Positions 17,984 to 27,003 of a stretch of 64,000 nucleotides of DNA are shown here, in pieces. The first letter of the stretch is position 1. Each line of letters begins with the position of its first letter. Both the position numbers and the translations under genes were made by a program. The notes under the pieces are model-generated. The model had not been told where the DNA came from, did not search any database, and saw nothing but the letters and a program-made list of their open reading frames with translations. The stretch comes from a virus: the IMG/VR virus record IMGVR_UViG_3300037010_001286, positions 18,149 to 82,148 of that record. One strand, given 5' to 3'.

Positions 17984-18457
17984 GTGGTATTTATTGGAAT
18001 TGACTCTTCTTCTACCAATACAGCAATTGTTGTATTAGATTATAATAGAAATTTACTTGAGTTTACTCTTATTTCCCCTACAAATAAAGATTTAAGAGTT
18101 AGAGGTGCAGAAACTGTATCTTCAGTCCTATCATTTATTCAAAAATTTTCTACAAAAAGCTCTCAGATTGTTATAGAAGCTCCTGCATTTATGGCTAATG
18201 GAAAAGTAGCAGATTTAAGTATGATTGTTGGTGGAATTTTTTATGGATTGATAGATATAGGATATGATTGTTTATTAATTCCCCCATCACAACATAAAAG
18301 TCGTTTTACTGGAAGAGGAAGGATTACAAAAGGTGATACTATACTTTGCCTACCTGAGAGTGTTTTAAATAGTTTTAAAGGTACTTATAAGAAACTTGAT
18401 GATTTAGCAGATGCTTACTCTCTAGCTACATACTTATTACCAGCTACTTCTATCTAA
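17984..18457 (+). CDS. RuvC-like Holliday junction resolvase
   Basis: IGIDSS, VIE, TGRGRITK, DDLADA. Confidence 0.88.
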   Translation: MVFIGIDSSSTNTAIVVLDYNRNLLEFTLISPTNKDLRVRGAETVSSVLSFIQKFSTKSSQIVIEAPAFMANGKVADLSMIVGGIFYGLIDIGYDCLLIPPSQHKSRFTGRGRITKGDTILCLPESVLNSFKGTYKKLDDLADAYSLATYLLPATSI

Positions 18458-18523
18458 TCTTTTTACTATAAATTACCTTAGAATGATTTGTAACAATTTG
18501 TTGGAATAATGGAGTATCTAACT

Positions 18524-18544
18524 TAGAGGGATAATATCCCTCTA
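18524..18544. terminator. Hairpin between convergent transcription units
   Basis: tagagggat-aat-atccctcta. Confidence 0.55.
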
Positions 18545-18647
18545 TACTATCACTTTTTAGGTTTAGGTGTTTTACCTTTAGGTGCACAGGCCATATACTC
18601 TCCTTTACTTTATATTTAATAAAATATATTATATAAATATTTGCTTA

Positions 18648-19115
18648 TTAATTTATAGCAAAAAAGCTACCTCTTTTATCTTTGAACCACATTGCAAAAG
18701 CCATAAAATCAGGTGTTGTTATAGGCATTTTTGTACCATTACTAAATCTAATTATGGTATTTATAGTGGTATCTGTCAATGTATTTGTGAGTGTTGCAGC
18801 TATATAACCTACCGTTAGTGCAGTAATAGTAGACTGTGCATCTTCATCTAGTGGTACTTGGTATGTTACTCCGTTAAGAGTATAAGGTAATCCTATAGCT
18901 TTTAACTGTGATGAGGTTAGCTCAACAGGAGGTTTAGCAACCCATTTATTTCCATCAAATATATAATCATCAGATGGTTTATCAGGAATTAAAACATAAT
19001 CAGTATTGGGTCCAATAACTACTTCAGTAAGTTCTTGTGTATCCTCATCAAATACACTCTCTATCAGATTCGGTTGAGTTAGTGCAAAGTTTCCAGTTTT
19101 TTCATTATAGTACAT
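18648..19115 (-). CDS. Tail fibre assembly/chaperone-like protein (DUF4376-like)
   Basis: Position after fibre genes; PSDDYIFDGNKWV motif. Confidence 0.55.
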   Translation of the reverse strand: MYYNEKTGNFALTQPNLIESVFDEDTQELTEVVIGPNTDYVLIPDKPSDDYIFDGNKWVAKPPVELTSSQLKAIGLPYTLNGVTYQVPLDEDAQSTITALTVGYIAATLTNTLTDTTINTIIRFSNGTKMPITTPDFMAFAMWFKDKRGSFFAIN

Positions 19116-20191
19116 TATATGACCTCTACAGTATTAATTCTACACATCCAATGGATAGTAGTTGATGCAGCACCTGTTACAGATACTGATAAAGCCCCAT
19201 TTGTTGTATCTGCTGATATAGAAACAGCACTTGCTGTTATCCAACTCTCTGAATCACCAAATGTTAAGTTAATAGTAGGAGTTCCTACTAGAGTAGTAGA
19301 TGAGGCATTTGCACCACGTTTAATTAACCCAGTAGTATTCCACTGTCCTGCTTTACCTGTTCCAGTATTTATAGCAACTATTTCAATATCAAAGGAGACT
19401 GCATTATTATTTTGAAGTGTACATTGATTAGTTGCAGAAACTGCATTAGTGTCTGATTTTAATATAGTAGCTGTAGCGTCTGTTGTTATAGCACCAAGTC
19501 CGAGTTGACCAAGTTGATATGCGCCATTTATGCCACTGAAAGGTGTTCCAATTACTGCTCTACCTGATATACCATTTGTGTGACTTCTAAACCCCATTGC
19601 TATAGAAGCAGTACCTGAGGCTACGTTTGAGTAACCCATTGCTATAGAAGAACCCCCCGATGCAATATTATTATTCCCCATAGCTACAGATGCGAAATTA
19701 GATGATGTATTTGCGTACCCCAGCGATATAGAAGCAGTACTAGACGCAGTATTGTTGTATCCTATTGCCACAGAGGAGTAACTAGATGATGTATTTGCAT
19801 ATCCCATCGATATAGAAGCACTACCGGATGAAATACTATTATATCCAGTAACTATAGAATAAGGACCGGATGCTACTTGATTAGCACTGGTTCTATAAGT
19901 TTGCAAATCAATCGCACCAGTCCCTCTAACGTTTCCCCCTTTTGCTGTACCATCAGGAATATTAGTGGATAGAGCACCTGAGCCTACATATACCCCATTA
20001 TTATACATCATAGGCATTTGTAATATTAAATCAGTAGCAAACTGTGTACTACCATAGTTTACTTCATCATCGTTGGTACCTATAAGTACAGCATCTCTCA
20101 TCACCTGAGATGCACCTTGCCCTACTTTATAAGTTATCCTACTAGGACTTATGACAGCCCCGTAGCTATTTCCCTCAATTCCTGAGTTCAT
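19115..20191 (-). CDS. Tail fibre/adhesin with YadA-head-like 14-aa repeats
   Basis: Repeated SxxxSxAxGYxNxA units. Confidence 0.7.
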   Translation of the reverse strand: MNSGIEGNSYGAVISPSRITYKVGQGASQVMRDAVLIGTNDDEVNYGSTQFATDLILQMPMMYNNGVYVGSGALSTNIPDGTAKGGNVRGTGAIDLQTYRTSANQVASGPYSIVTGYNSISSGSASISMGYANTSSSYSSVAIGYNNTASSTASISLGYANTSSNFASVAMGNNNIASGGSSIAMGYSNVASGTASIAMGFRSHTNGISGRAVIGTPFSGINGAYQLGQLGLGAITTDATATILKSDTNAVSATNQCTLQNNNAVSFDIEIVAINTGTGKAGQWNTTGLIKRGANASSTTLVGTPTINLTFGDSESWITASAVSISADTTNGALSVSVTGAASTTIHWMCRINTVEVI

Positions 20192-20574
20192 TATAAGTTT
20201 CCTGCTCTAGTGATAATAATGTTAAATGATTCGGCATTTTGGGTTGAAAATTTCAATGACCATCCACTTTGTAGAACTATCCCTTTATTGCTTATAGGTT
20301 GAGACCAAGCTGGAACCGTTGCAGATGCTGTCACTGCTGATACAATAAGTTCTTGGATAAGATAGTTTGTAGTTCCATTAGATAAGAACATACGAACCAT
20401 TCCAGCAGTTGTATTACCAGTAGCAGTGATATACATATCATCTATCCGCATACCATTACCTGAGGCTGTGACAAGTGTTCCTAAGGTTCCTGACCCATCT
20501 CTATTAGAGTTAGCTGTTGATATATTTACTGCACCATTGATTGGTGTACTTGCATATTGTGGTGTTGTTGCCAT
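20191..20574 (-). CDS. Putative virion structural protein
   Basis: Thr/Ser/Gly-rich beta protein within the fibre cluster. Confidence 0.55.
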   Translation of the reverse strand: MATTPQYASTPINGAVNISTANSNRDGSGTLGTLVTASGNGMRIDDMYITATGNTTAGMVRMFLSNGTTNYLIQELIVSAVTASATVPAWSQPISNKGIVLQSGWSLKFSTQNAESFNIIITRAGNL

Positions 20575-22793
20575 TAAATTACTCCTATAAGTTGATTAAG
20601 TTGGTGATTTACTATTACTAAATCTGTTGAACCTAATAATGTATTTCCATTAACAGTTCTTATGTTTGTTCCGCTTACCAGTGTTGGTTGAAATGCTGTA
20701 CTATCTAAACCATCTAATAGATCGGCATTAAGGTTCGTGACTTTAGTTGTACTTGCTACTGTTAAAGGTGAAGTACCTGTTGCAACTGTCGAAATAAGTT
20801 GAGTTCCACTAATATTTGCAGGGAATGTAACGTTTTTGCTTCTATCATACGACTCGACATTTCTTCGTCCAGCAGGATAACCACCAAACCATTCGATATT
20901 TCCAAGTGTAATTGGGTTTGAGTTAATTGACACATTTGTAGAGTTAAAGGTAACACGTACTGCTTTTGATTTATCAGATGTTGAAGCAGAAGGATAATAA
21001 GCGAGTGTATTATGTGGAATATATACATGCCCTGGCCATACATTAACTGGACCCGATACTACCAAGTTCCATGAAGAATCAGCAGCATCTTGTTCCTCTA
21101 TCTTTATATAAATTGTATTTCCATTAGTATAAAGGTAAGCATAGAACTTATTAAGGTAAAAGTAATTATTTACTGCATTACTATCCCAAGTTATACGCCA
21201 TGAATTAGTAGAATTTGCTGGAATAATTGCTGGAAGTGCTGTTGAACCTTGACCTTCACCAATCATCATATCTGCAAGGTTATTTGCGGATACTCTAGTA
21301 CTTGTAGTCCATGTTGTACCGTCTGTAGACTCTTCTTGAATAGATGGTGGTATAAATCTAAACTTATTAGTCATTTCTCCGTGAATTAATGCCATTTCTT
21401 CAACAGATGGATTACCAAGATTATATGTTACTGTATTATTTGAAAAATTTACACCTGTATATGAACTTGCTGAAATTCTACCACTCCCATCTCTTATAAT
21501 AATGGTGTTTGCGTTATTCGTAGTTGAAGCAGTTACACCATTTAATGAAGTAGCGTTTACATTAGTAACTCCTGAACCATTACCACTGAAGTTAGTAGCA
21601 GTTACTGTTCCAGTAAAGGTTGGTGAAACTAGTGGTGCTCTACTTGTATCAATTGGGTGTATATGATCGGCTCTTGCTACTGTTGTACTAGTTCCTATTG
21701 TAGCTGTACCATCCATAGAAGGAAGCGTTGAACTTAGTGTTGTAATATTGTTAAAGCTTGTTCCTGTAGCTACACCTATATTTGGAGTAACTAGAGTTTT
21801 ATTTGATAAAGTTTCTATACCATCTAACGTAGCTAATTCTCCGGATATTGGGAGGGTAACTGTTGTATTTCCTGTTACTGTTAAAGTAGTATCAAAGGAG
21901 CCTGAAGTAGTTAAATTTCCACCAAGTGTAATAGTTTTACCATCATTGTTTACACCAGTTCCACCATTAGTTCCTAATACTATTCCAGTTACGTTACTAG
22001 CTGTACCTGTTGTATTTTGATTAAATATAGGAAAAGTACAATTTACTAAATTACCTGATGATGGAGTACCAAGATCAGGAGTAATTAAAGATGGAGAAAC
22101 TAATGGTGCTTTTAAATCAAGAGCTTCTTGAGTTACTATAGATATTGGTTTATTTAAATCACTAGTATTATCTACTAATCCCAATCCTACATCAGATTTA
22201 TCAAGAGTAATTTCACCAATCTTACCCGAAACACTAAGTACTTTTGGTTCTATTGAATCAATCCACTGTGCTTCTGTTCCTACAAAACCATTCTGTACGG
22301 CAATATCATATGTAGATAACCCAATAGGTCCAGTATCACCTTTAGGTCCTGCAGGTCCTTGTGGTCCAGTATCGCCTACAGGTCCTTGTGGTCCAATAGG
22401 TCCAATTGGTCCTTGTGGTCCAGTATCACCCTGTAGTCCTTGTGGTCCAATAGGTCCAGTATCACCTTTAGGTCCTTGTGGCCCAGTATCACCTTTAGGT
22501 CCTGCAGGTCCTTGTGACCCAGTATCACCTTTAGGTCCTTGTGGCCCAGTATCACCTTTAGGTCCTGCAGGTCCTTGTGACCCAGTATCACCTTTAGGTC
22601 CTGCAGGTCCTTGTGGTCCAGTATCACCCTGTAGTCCTTGTGGTCCAATAGGTCCAGTATCACCTTTAGGTCCAATAGGTCCAATTGGTCCTTGTGGCCC
22701 AGTATCGCCTTTAGGTCCTACAGGTCCTTGTACTCCTTGAGTACCAACAGGAGATAGTGTAATAGTATTTGTTTGTGTATTTAATGTTATCAC
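20574..22793 (-). CDS. Collagen-repeat tail fibre protein
   Basis: Long Gly-X-Y tract, then fibre motifs [35 protein letters not shown]. Confidence 0.85.
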   Translation of the reverse strand: MITLNTQTNTITLSPVGTQGVQGPVGPKGDTGPQGPIGPIGPKGDTGPIGPQGLQGDTGPQGPAGPKGDTGSQGPAGPKGDTGPQGPKGDTGSQGPAGPKGDTGPQGPKGDTGPIGPQGLQGDTGPQGPIGPIGPQGPVGDTGPQGPAGPKGDTGPIGLSTYDIAVQNGFVGTEAQWIDSIEPKVLSVSGKIGEITLDKSDVGLGLVDNTSDLNKPISIVTQEALDLKAPLVSPSLITPDLGTPSSGNLVNCTFPIFNQNTTGTASNVTGIVLGTNGGTGVNNDGKTITLGGNLTTSGSFDTTLTVTGNTTVTLPISGELATLDGIETLSNKTLVTPNIGVATGTSFNNITTLSSTLPSMDGTATIGTSTTVARADHIHPIDTSRAPLVSPTFTGTVTATNFSGNGSGVTNVNATSLNGVTASTTNNANTIIIRDGSGRISASSYTGVNFSNNTVTYNLGNPSVEEMALIHGEMTNKFRFIPPSIQEESTDGTTWTTSTRVSANNLADMMIGEGQGSTALPAIIPANSTNSWRITWDSNAVNNYFYLNKFYAYLYTNGNTIYIKIEEQDAADSSWNLVVSGPVNVWPGHVYIPHNTLAYYPSASTSDKSKAVRVTFNSTNVSINSNPITLGNIEWFGGYPAGRRNVESYDRSKNVTFPANISGTQLISTVATGTSPLTVASTTKVTNLNADLLDGLDSTAFQPTLVSGTNIRTVNGNTLLGSTDLVIVNHQLNQLIGVI
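22320..22745 (-). repeat. Collagen Gly-X-Y coding tandem repeats
   Basis: 9/18/27-bp units encoding GPQ/GPK/GDT. Confidence 0.95.
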
Positions 22794-23098
22794 GGAGTTA
22801 CTCCTTTATGTATTATAAAGATACCACCAAATAAGAATTTATTATTATTTATATCAATCTCTAAAATAACATCATAATTAAAAATACCAACTCCTATAGA
22901 GGACATCTTATGAGCATTTATATTAATAATAAAAGTATTTTCACCTGTAATTATACAATAAGGAGATACATCAACTGAACCAATAAACATTTTTGGAATA
23001 CGTGAACCTATAGGTTCTCCTAAATCAACTGATAGACTAAAATCATCATTAGTTCTACCTGATAATGGAACATTAGTATCCTCATAATTCATTTGCAA
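22790..23098 (-). CDS. Small structural (BppU-like) protein
   Basis: YDV...[14 protein letters not shown]-terminal pattern; precedes the collagen fibre. Confidence 0.5.
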   Translation of the reverse strand: MQMNYEDTNVPLSGRTNDDFSLSVDLGEPIGSRIPKMFIGSVDVSPYCIITGENTFIININAHKMSSIGVGIFNYDVILEIDINNNKFLFGGIFIIHKGVTP

Positions 23099-23346
23099 AC
23101 CTCTTTAGACGCTAGTAGCTTCTCTGCGTATTCTTTAACCATTTCATAATTCAATAAAGCCTTAGCTACAATATCGTGGCTATTTGTATAACTTTTATTA
23201 TCTATCATAGGTTTTTCTACATCAGGGGTTACACATTTTTGCGGTACATACACAATTTTAGGTTCAGGCTGTTCAGCTGTGCATCCATTAAAACTGATAA
23301 CTATTGAGATACTGCATAGAATCGTTACAATCGTTTGATGTTTCAT
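23089..23346 (-). CDS. Outer-membrane spanin (lipoprotein)
   Basis: Lipobox FNGC, Pro-rich, overlaps the i-spanin. Confidence 0.75.
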   Translation of the reverse strand: MKHQTIVTILCSISIVISFNGCTAEQPEPKIVYVPQKCVTPDVEKPMIDNKSYTNSHDIVAKALLNYEMVKEYAEKLLASKEVCK

Positions 23347-23644
23347 TTTTATCTCTCCATTTTTCTATTTCTATAGTTTTTGTTACGTACTTTGTATCTA
23401 TCTTATGTAACACAGTAGGTAATTTAGCCATAGATGCGTTATAATCCGCCTTATTTGCTAATATAATATCGTTCTGAATATGTAGATAAGCTTCACTTTC
23501 ATTTAATTTTACTTGTAAAGCTGAGTTATCCTTTTTAAGAGATAGTATTTCACTATTTAAATGTTCAATATACGAAAGTAAAACCCCAGTAATTAAAACA
23601 ATTACAACCTCTAACCAATACTGTTTAATTAATCCAATCCACAT
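23288..23644 (-). CDS. Inner-membrane spanin
   Basis: N-terminal TM helix plus coiled coil. Confidence 0.7.
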   Translation of the reverse strand: MWIGLIKQYWLEVVIVLITGVLLSYIEHLNSEILSLKKDNSALQVKLNESEAYLHIQNDIILANKADYNASMAKLPTVLHKIDTKYVTKTIEIEKWRDKNETSNDCNDSMQYLNSYQF

Positions 23645-23653
23645 TTTTTCTCC

Positions 23654-24229
23654 TTACCAATATTTAAATGTTTTGGATTCAACTTTTGCATATTGTGCTC
23701 CATATTTAAAAATATTTTGCGAATATTCATAGTTTATATCACAATTACTTCTACAAGTAGTAATCCCTTTATAGGTAAAACAACTTTTACCTCTATGGCA
23801 TTGCTCTTTAGCTTTACTCCATTCTGCTATCTTAGCACGACTAATCTCTTTAATAACTAAACCACCTCCGTTATATACCTGATAGGTTACCCATAGTCCG
23901 TATTGAGGTTTATATACTGATTTCATAATTACAGCTTGTGCTTTTAGCTGGTCGGGGATTGCAATTATACTTTTAATACCATTTGATTTTAAAGTTTTTT
24001 GCCAAACTCTATAAGTAATTTGGGGTAAACCCTCAGACCCAACACCATCACGAGATATTATATTTCGACATTCACTCTCTTGTTGAAGTTGTCCAACACC
24101 ATATTGGTAAGGAAAGTCTACTCCAAATTGAGAATAATGCGCTTTTCGTACTTCTTGAATATATAGCTCACATCTTTGTTGTGCATAAGAAAATGATATA
24201 ACTAAGATAAGAAGTACAAAAGCTTTCAT
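23654..24229 (-). CDS. Lytic transglycosylase (SLT-family) endolysin with signal peptide
   Basis: QQES catalytic Glu, GLPQI, YNGG; N-terminal signal sequence. Confidence 0.8.
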   Translation of the reverse strand: MKAFVLLILVISFSYAQQRCELYIQEVRKAHYSQFGVDFPYQYGVGQLQQESECRNIISRDGVGSEGLPQITYRVWQKTLKSNGIKSIIAIPDQLKAQAVIMKSVYKPQYGLWVTYQVYNGGGLVIKEISRAKIAEWSKAKEQCHRGKSCFTYKGITTCRSNCDINYEYSQNIFKYGAQYAKVESKTFKYW

Positions 24230-24504
24230 TACCCACCCATTGCAAAGCAGTAGATAATGATTACATAAAGTGCAATAACAACGCTTGTTAATTGCCAGTT
24301 ATCATCATTACTCCAATCAACTATTGGAAATAATGATTTTCTAATTATATGAGCAGTTAATACACCTGCTGTTACTAATAAGAACTTAGATAATACAAGC
24401 TGAATTATAGCTGGTAAACTCTCATAATAACCACTAACAAATACATATATTAATGATAAACTTACTACTAAAACAAACCCTACTCTTTTTAATTCTTTCA
24501 TCAT
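24229..24504 (-). CDS. Holin (3 TM)
   Basis: 91 aa, three hydrophobic segments, adjacent to the lysin. Confidence 0.7.
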   Translation of the reverse strand: MMKELKRVGFVLVVSLSLIYVFVSGYYESLPAIIQLVLSKFLLVTAGVLTAHIIRKSLFPIVDWSNDDNWQLTSVVIALYVIIIYCFAMGG

Positions 24505-24815
24505 ACGCTAACCTTTAAAATAAATGTCATAGCGGAGCCAATTACAGCTGTTATCAACATCCATACTATTTTACTTAAGTTCTTTTCTATATGTTCTATT
24601 CTTTCATTTTGTCTTTTAAAACTATCATGCTCTGTTATTACGTGTGATGTAAACTCTTGTCTTAATAGACGAATATCTGAAGCTATTTCATTCTGCTTTT
24701 CTATAGCTGTTTCTATCTTAGATAATGTTTTATTCATCTGAGTAAGCTCCCGACTTAGTAACAGATGCTCTCCTTCTAACTTTTGTACCCTAGGTGCTAT
24801 ATCAATATCAATCAT
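24501..24815 (-). CDS. Coiled-coil protein with C-terminal TM (XhlA/holin-like)
   Basis: Coiled coil followed by KIVWMLITAVIGSAM. Confidence 0.55.
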   Translation of the reverse strand: MIDIDIAPRVQKLEGEHLLLSRELTQMNKTLSKIETAIEKQNEIASDIRLLRQEFTSHVITEHDSFKRQNERIEHIEKNLSKIVWMLITAVIGSAMTFILKVSV

Positions 24816-25213
24816 TTTTTACCCTTCATTTCCACTAAATTAATCTTATCAGATGTATCTTTATTCCAGTGTGAACTACCAAAAATTCTAACTGCATAGT
24901 ATATAAGATACGTTCTAATTTTAGATACCCCATTAAATAAAAGCATCTCTTTCAACAACTTATCACAACTTTCTCTTTGTAATTGCATACAAGTATATAA
25001 CCCATCATGTATTATGGAAGGTTTCAATAAGTCATCTTCAAATGGGTTACCTATAATGTTCCAAAATAATTTAGGTATAGAAGCACCATCAGTTATAAAA
25101 CCTGATTTAATAGTAACTTTAATTGAATCATTTTCATAACCAAAATTATCTTGTAACTTCCAAAAACCATTTCCCATTTCTTCAAGGGATATATCACCAT
25201 TAAACTGTTTCAT
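24812..25213 (-). CDS. DUF1353 family protein
   Basis: GFITDGASIP, IIHDGLY, YYAVRIFG. Confidence 0.85.
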   Translation of the reverse strand: MKQFNGDISLEEMGNGFWKLQDNFGYENDSIKVTIKSGFITDGASIPKLFWNIIGNPFEDDLLKPSIIHDGLYTCMQLQRESCDKLLKEMLLFNGVSKIRTYLIYYAVRIFGSSHWNKDTSDKINLVEMKGKK

Positions 25214-25632
25214 TATGAAATTCTTATAAGTCCAGTAGTATCTGTTGGGTCAGGAAATTGTATCGTAAAATCTCCACCAGTTGTTGATATATCAGAACCA
25301 AAATCAAGAACACAAACAGCCGCATTATTTCTAGAACTATTATAAATTAATGCACCTCGTGAAGTAATAGTAACTGCCTGCCATCTAGGGTCTGTAGTAA
25401 AATCTAATATAGAAACATTATTTACAATAGAGGTACTAAAGCCTGATAAGGTAATACCTCCTGCCGTATATCCTGTTCCTGTTATTTCCCCATTAGTTGT
25501 ATAACTAGTAGTACTACTATCTAAAGTAGCATCACTGCTATATAGTGCAATCATATAGGTATCAGTTGATGTATGAATACCTGAATATAGCTCTTTTAAA
25601 TATGAGTCACATACTCCTGCTTTTATTGCCAT
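25213..25632 (-). CDS. Phage structural protein
   Basis: GTGYTAGG, ITSRGALIYN, VLDFGSD motifs typical of virion proteins. Confidence 0.65.
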   Translation of the reverse strand: MAIKAGVCDSYLKELYSGIHTSTDTYMIALYSSDATLDSSTTSYTTNGEITGTGYTAGGITLSGFSTSIVNNVSILDFTTDPRWQAVTITSRGALIYNSSRNNAAVCVLDFGSDISTTGGDFTIQFPDPTDTTGLIRIS

Positions 25633-25741
25633 AGATTATCCTTTAATTATGTGAGGTACTCTAACTACATAAGATATTAGTTTTGTTGTTATATAATTAA
25701 TTTACTAACTATAATAGCTTAAAAAGTTAATTTACATACCT

Positions 25742-25749
25742 ATAATCGT
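25742..25749 (-). promoter_or_regulatory. Putative late promoter -10 (ACGATTAT)
   Basis: Recurrent motif upstream of the lysis/fibre cluster. Confidence 0.55.
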
Positions 25750-25797
25750 ATTTACTTTTAGTTAAATTACGAAGTAATATTACATAACTATATATCA

Positions 25798-26199
25798 TTA
25801 ATATGAAGTTTGAAAATGAGTAACGTCAGGAGATTTAGTCCAAAAACCTCCCCATACGTTATTCTCATTTAAAGATTCCCAATACTCACCTATAGGTCTT
25901 AGTAGGTCAATATCATAAGTTAGATTAAACTCCTCAAAACCATCAGATAAAAAGAAGTTCAAGTCTATAGCAAGTCTCTTAAGGTGCTTAGAGGTTTTTG
26001 TAAATTCCTTCTTTTTACCTGGAATTAATTGTAGACCACTCTCTGTTTCTTCTAAGCTTTTTCCATGTAGATATAAAAGTTGTAACTCATAAGGTCTAAA
26101 GGTTTCCCCAAAAGATACCTTAAAACCTGTATTTTCAATATAACTTAATAAACTAATAACATCTTTGACAAAATTACATTGAGTCTTAATTATATTCAT
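25798..26199 (-). CDS. Peptidase M15 endolysin (L-Ala-D-Glu peptidase-like)
   Basis: GETFR, SKHLKRLAIDL, WGGFW...DVTHFQ. Confidence 0.85.
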   Translation of the reverse strand: MNIIKTQCNFVKDVISLLSYIENTGFKVSFGETFRPYELQLLYLHGKSLEETESGLQLIPGKKKEFTKTSKHLKRLAIDLNFFLSDGFEEFNLTYDIDLLRPIGEYWESLNENNVWGGFWTKSPDVTHFQTSY

Positions 26200-26208
26200 A
26201 ATATAACT

Positions 26209-26973
26209 CTATGACATTGCTAATGAAGGAAACATATGTACCTCAGTTGTACTTTTTACAAAGTATCTAAAGGTATCAACACTATTAGCAGCGGTAGATA
26301 ACACAGCTTTATTTCCTCCAGGAAATTTATATGCACTTCCCCAAGTTATTGTTCTAGAACCTGTAGAATCTTGTATTAGTATAATATGCCCGGATTCTCC
26401 AACTACTAACCCAGTTGGGTTAGCAAGTGTTATAGAGTTTGTCAAAGTAATTATATAATTATTATAAGTATTCATTGTAGGAGTATAGTTAGCTGACTTA
26501 GTAGCAGTTAGTGTAGTACCTACCCCTAAAAGAGCCTTATTAGTTACTGATGCATCAAACTGTTGCTTTGTTATTGGGTTCATTGCACTGGTAGCATCTC
26601 CATTAAGAGATAAAGATCCTGTTAAAGTACCACCACTTTGTTTAAGAAATGTACTATTTGCATCTGTTTGTTTAAGAAATGTACTATTTGCATCTGTTTG
26701 TTTAAGAAATGTGTTAGCTGCATCTGTTTGCGTAAGAAATGTACTATTTGCATCTGTTTGTTTAAGAAATATGTTAGCTGCATCTGTTTGCGTAAGAAAT
26801 GTACTATTTGCATCTGTTTGCGTAAGAAATGTACTATTTGCATCTATTTGTTTAAGAAATATACTATCTACTTCTATTCTCGAGTAAAGCTTACTAATAT
26901 TAGAGTTAATAATAAGTCTCCAGGCCGTTGCACCTACCTCTAGAGTTTCTAATCCATTTGCTAATACTGCCAT
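26209..26973 (-). CDS. Tail fibre protein with 10-aa tandem repeats
   Basis: FLKQTDANST x7; GGTLTGSL; C-terminal QDSTGSRTITW domain. Confidence 0.75.
   Translation of the reverse strand: MAVLANGLETLEVGATAWRLIINSNISKLYSRIEVDSIFLKQIDANSTFLTQTDANSTFLTQTDAANIFLKQTDANSTFLTQTDAANTFLKQTDANSTFLKQTDANSTFLKQSGGTLTGSLSLNGDATSAMNPITKQQFDASVTNKALLGVGTTLTATKSANYTPTMNTYNNYIITLTNSITLANPTGLVVGESGHIILIQDSTGSRTITWGSAYKFPGGNKAVLSTAANSVDTFRYFVKSTTEVHMFPSLAMS
26638..26860 (-). repeat. 30-bp coding tandem repeat (~7.4 copies)
   Basis: gtttaagaaatgtactatttgcatctgttt units, no spacers. Confidence 0.95.
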
Positions 26974-26995
26974 TTAATTCTCCTTATGTTATTTT

Positions 26996-27003
26996 ATAAT
27001 CGT
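26996..27003 (-). promoter_or_regulatory. Putative late promoter -10 (ACGATTAT)
   Basis: Recurrent motif. Confidence 0.55.

Noticed and set aside
26638-26860. 30-bp repeats as a CRISPR array
   Set aside because: Head-to-tail with no spacers, in frame within a fibre gene, and no cas genes.
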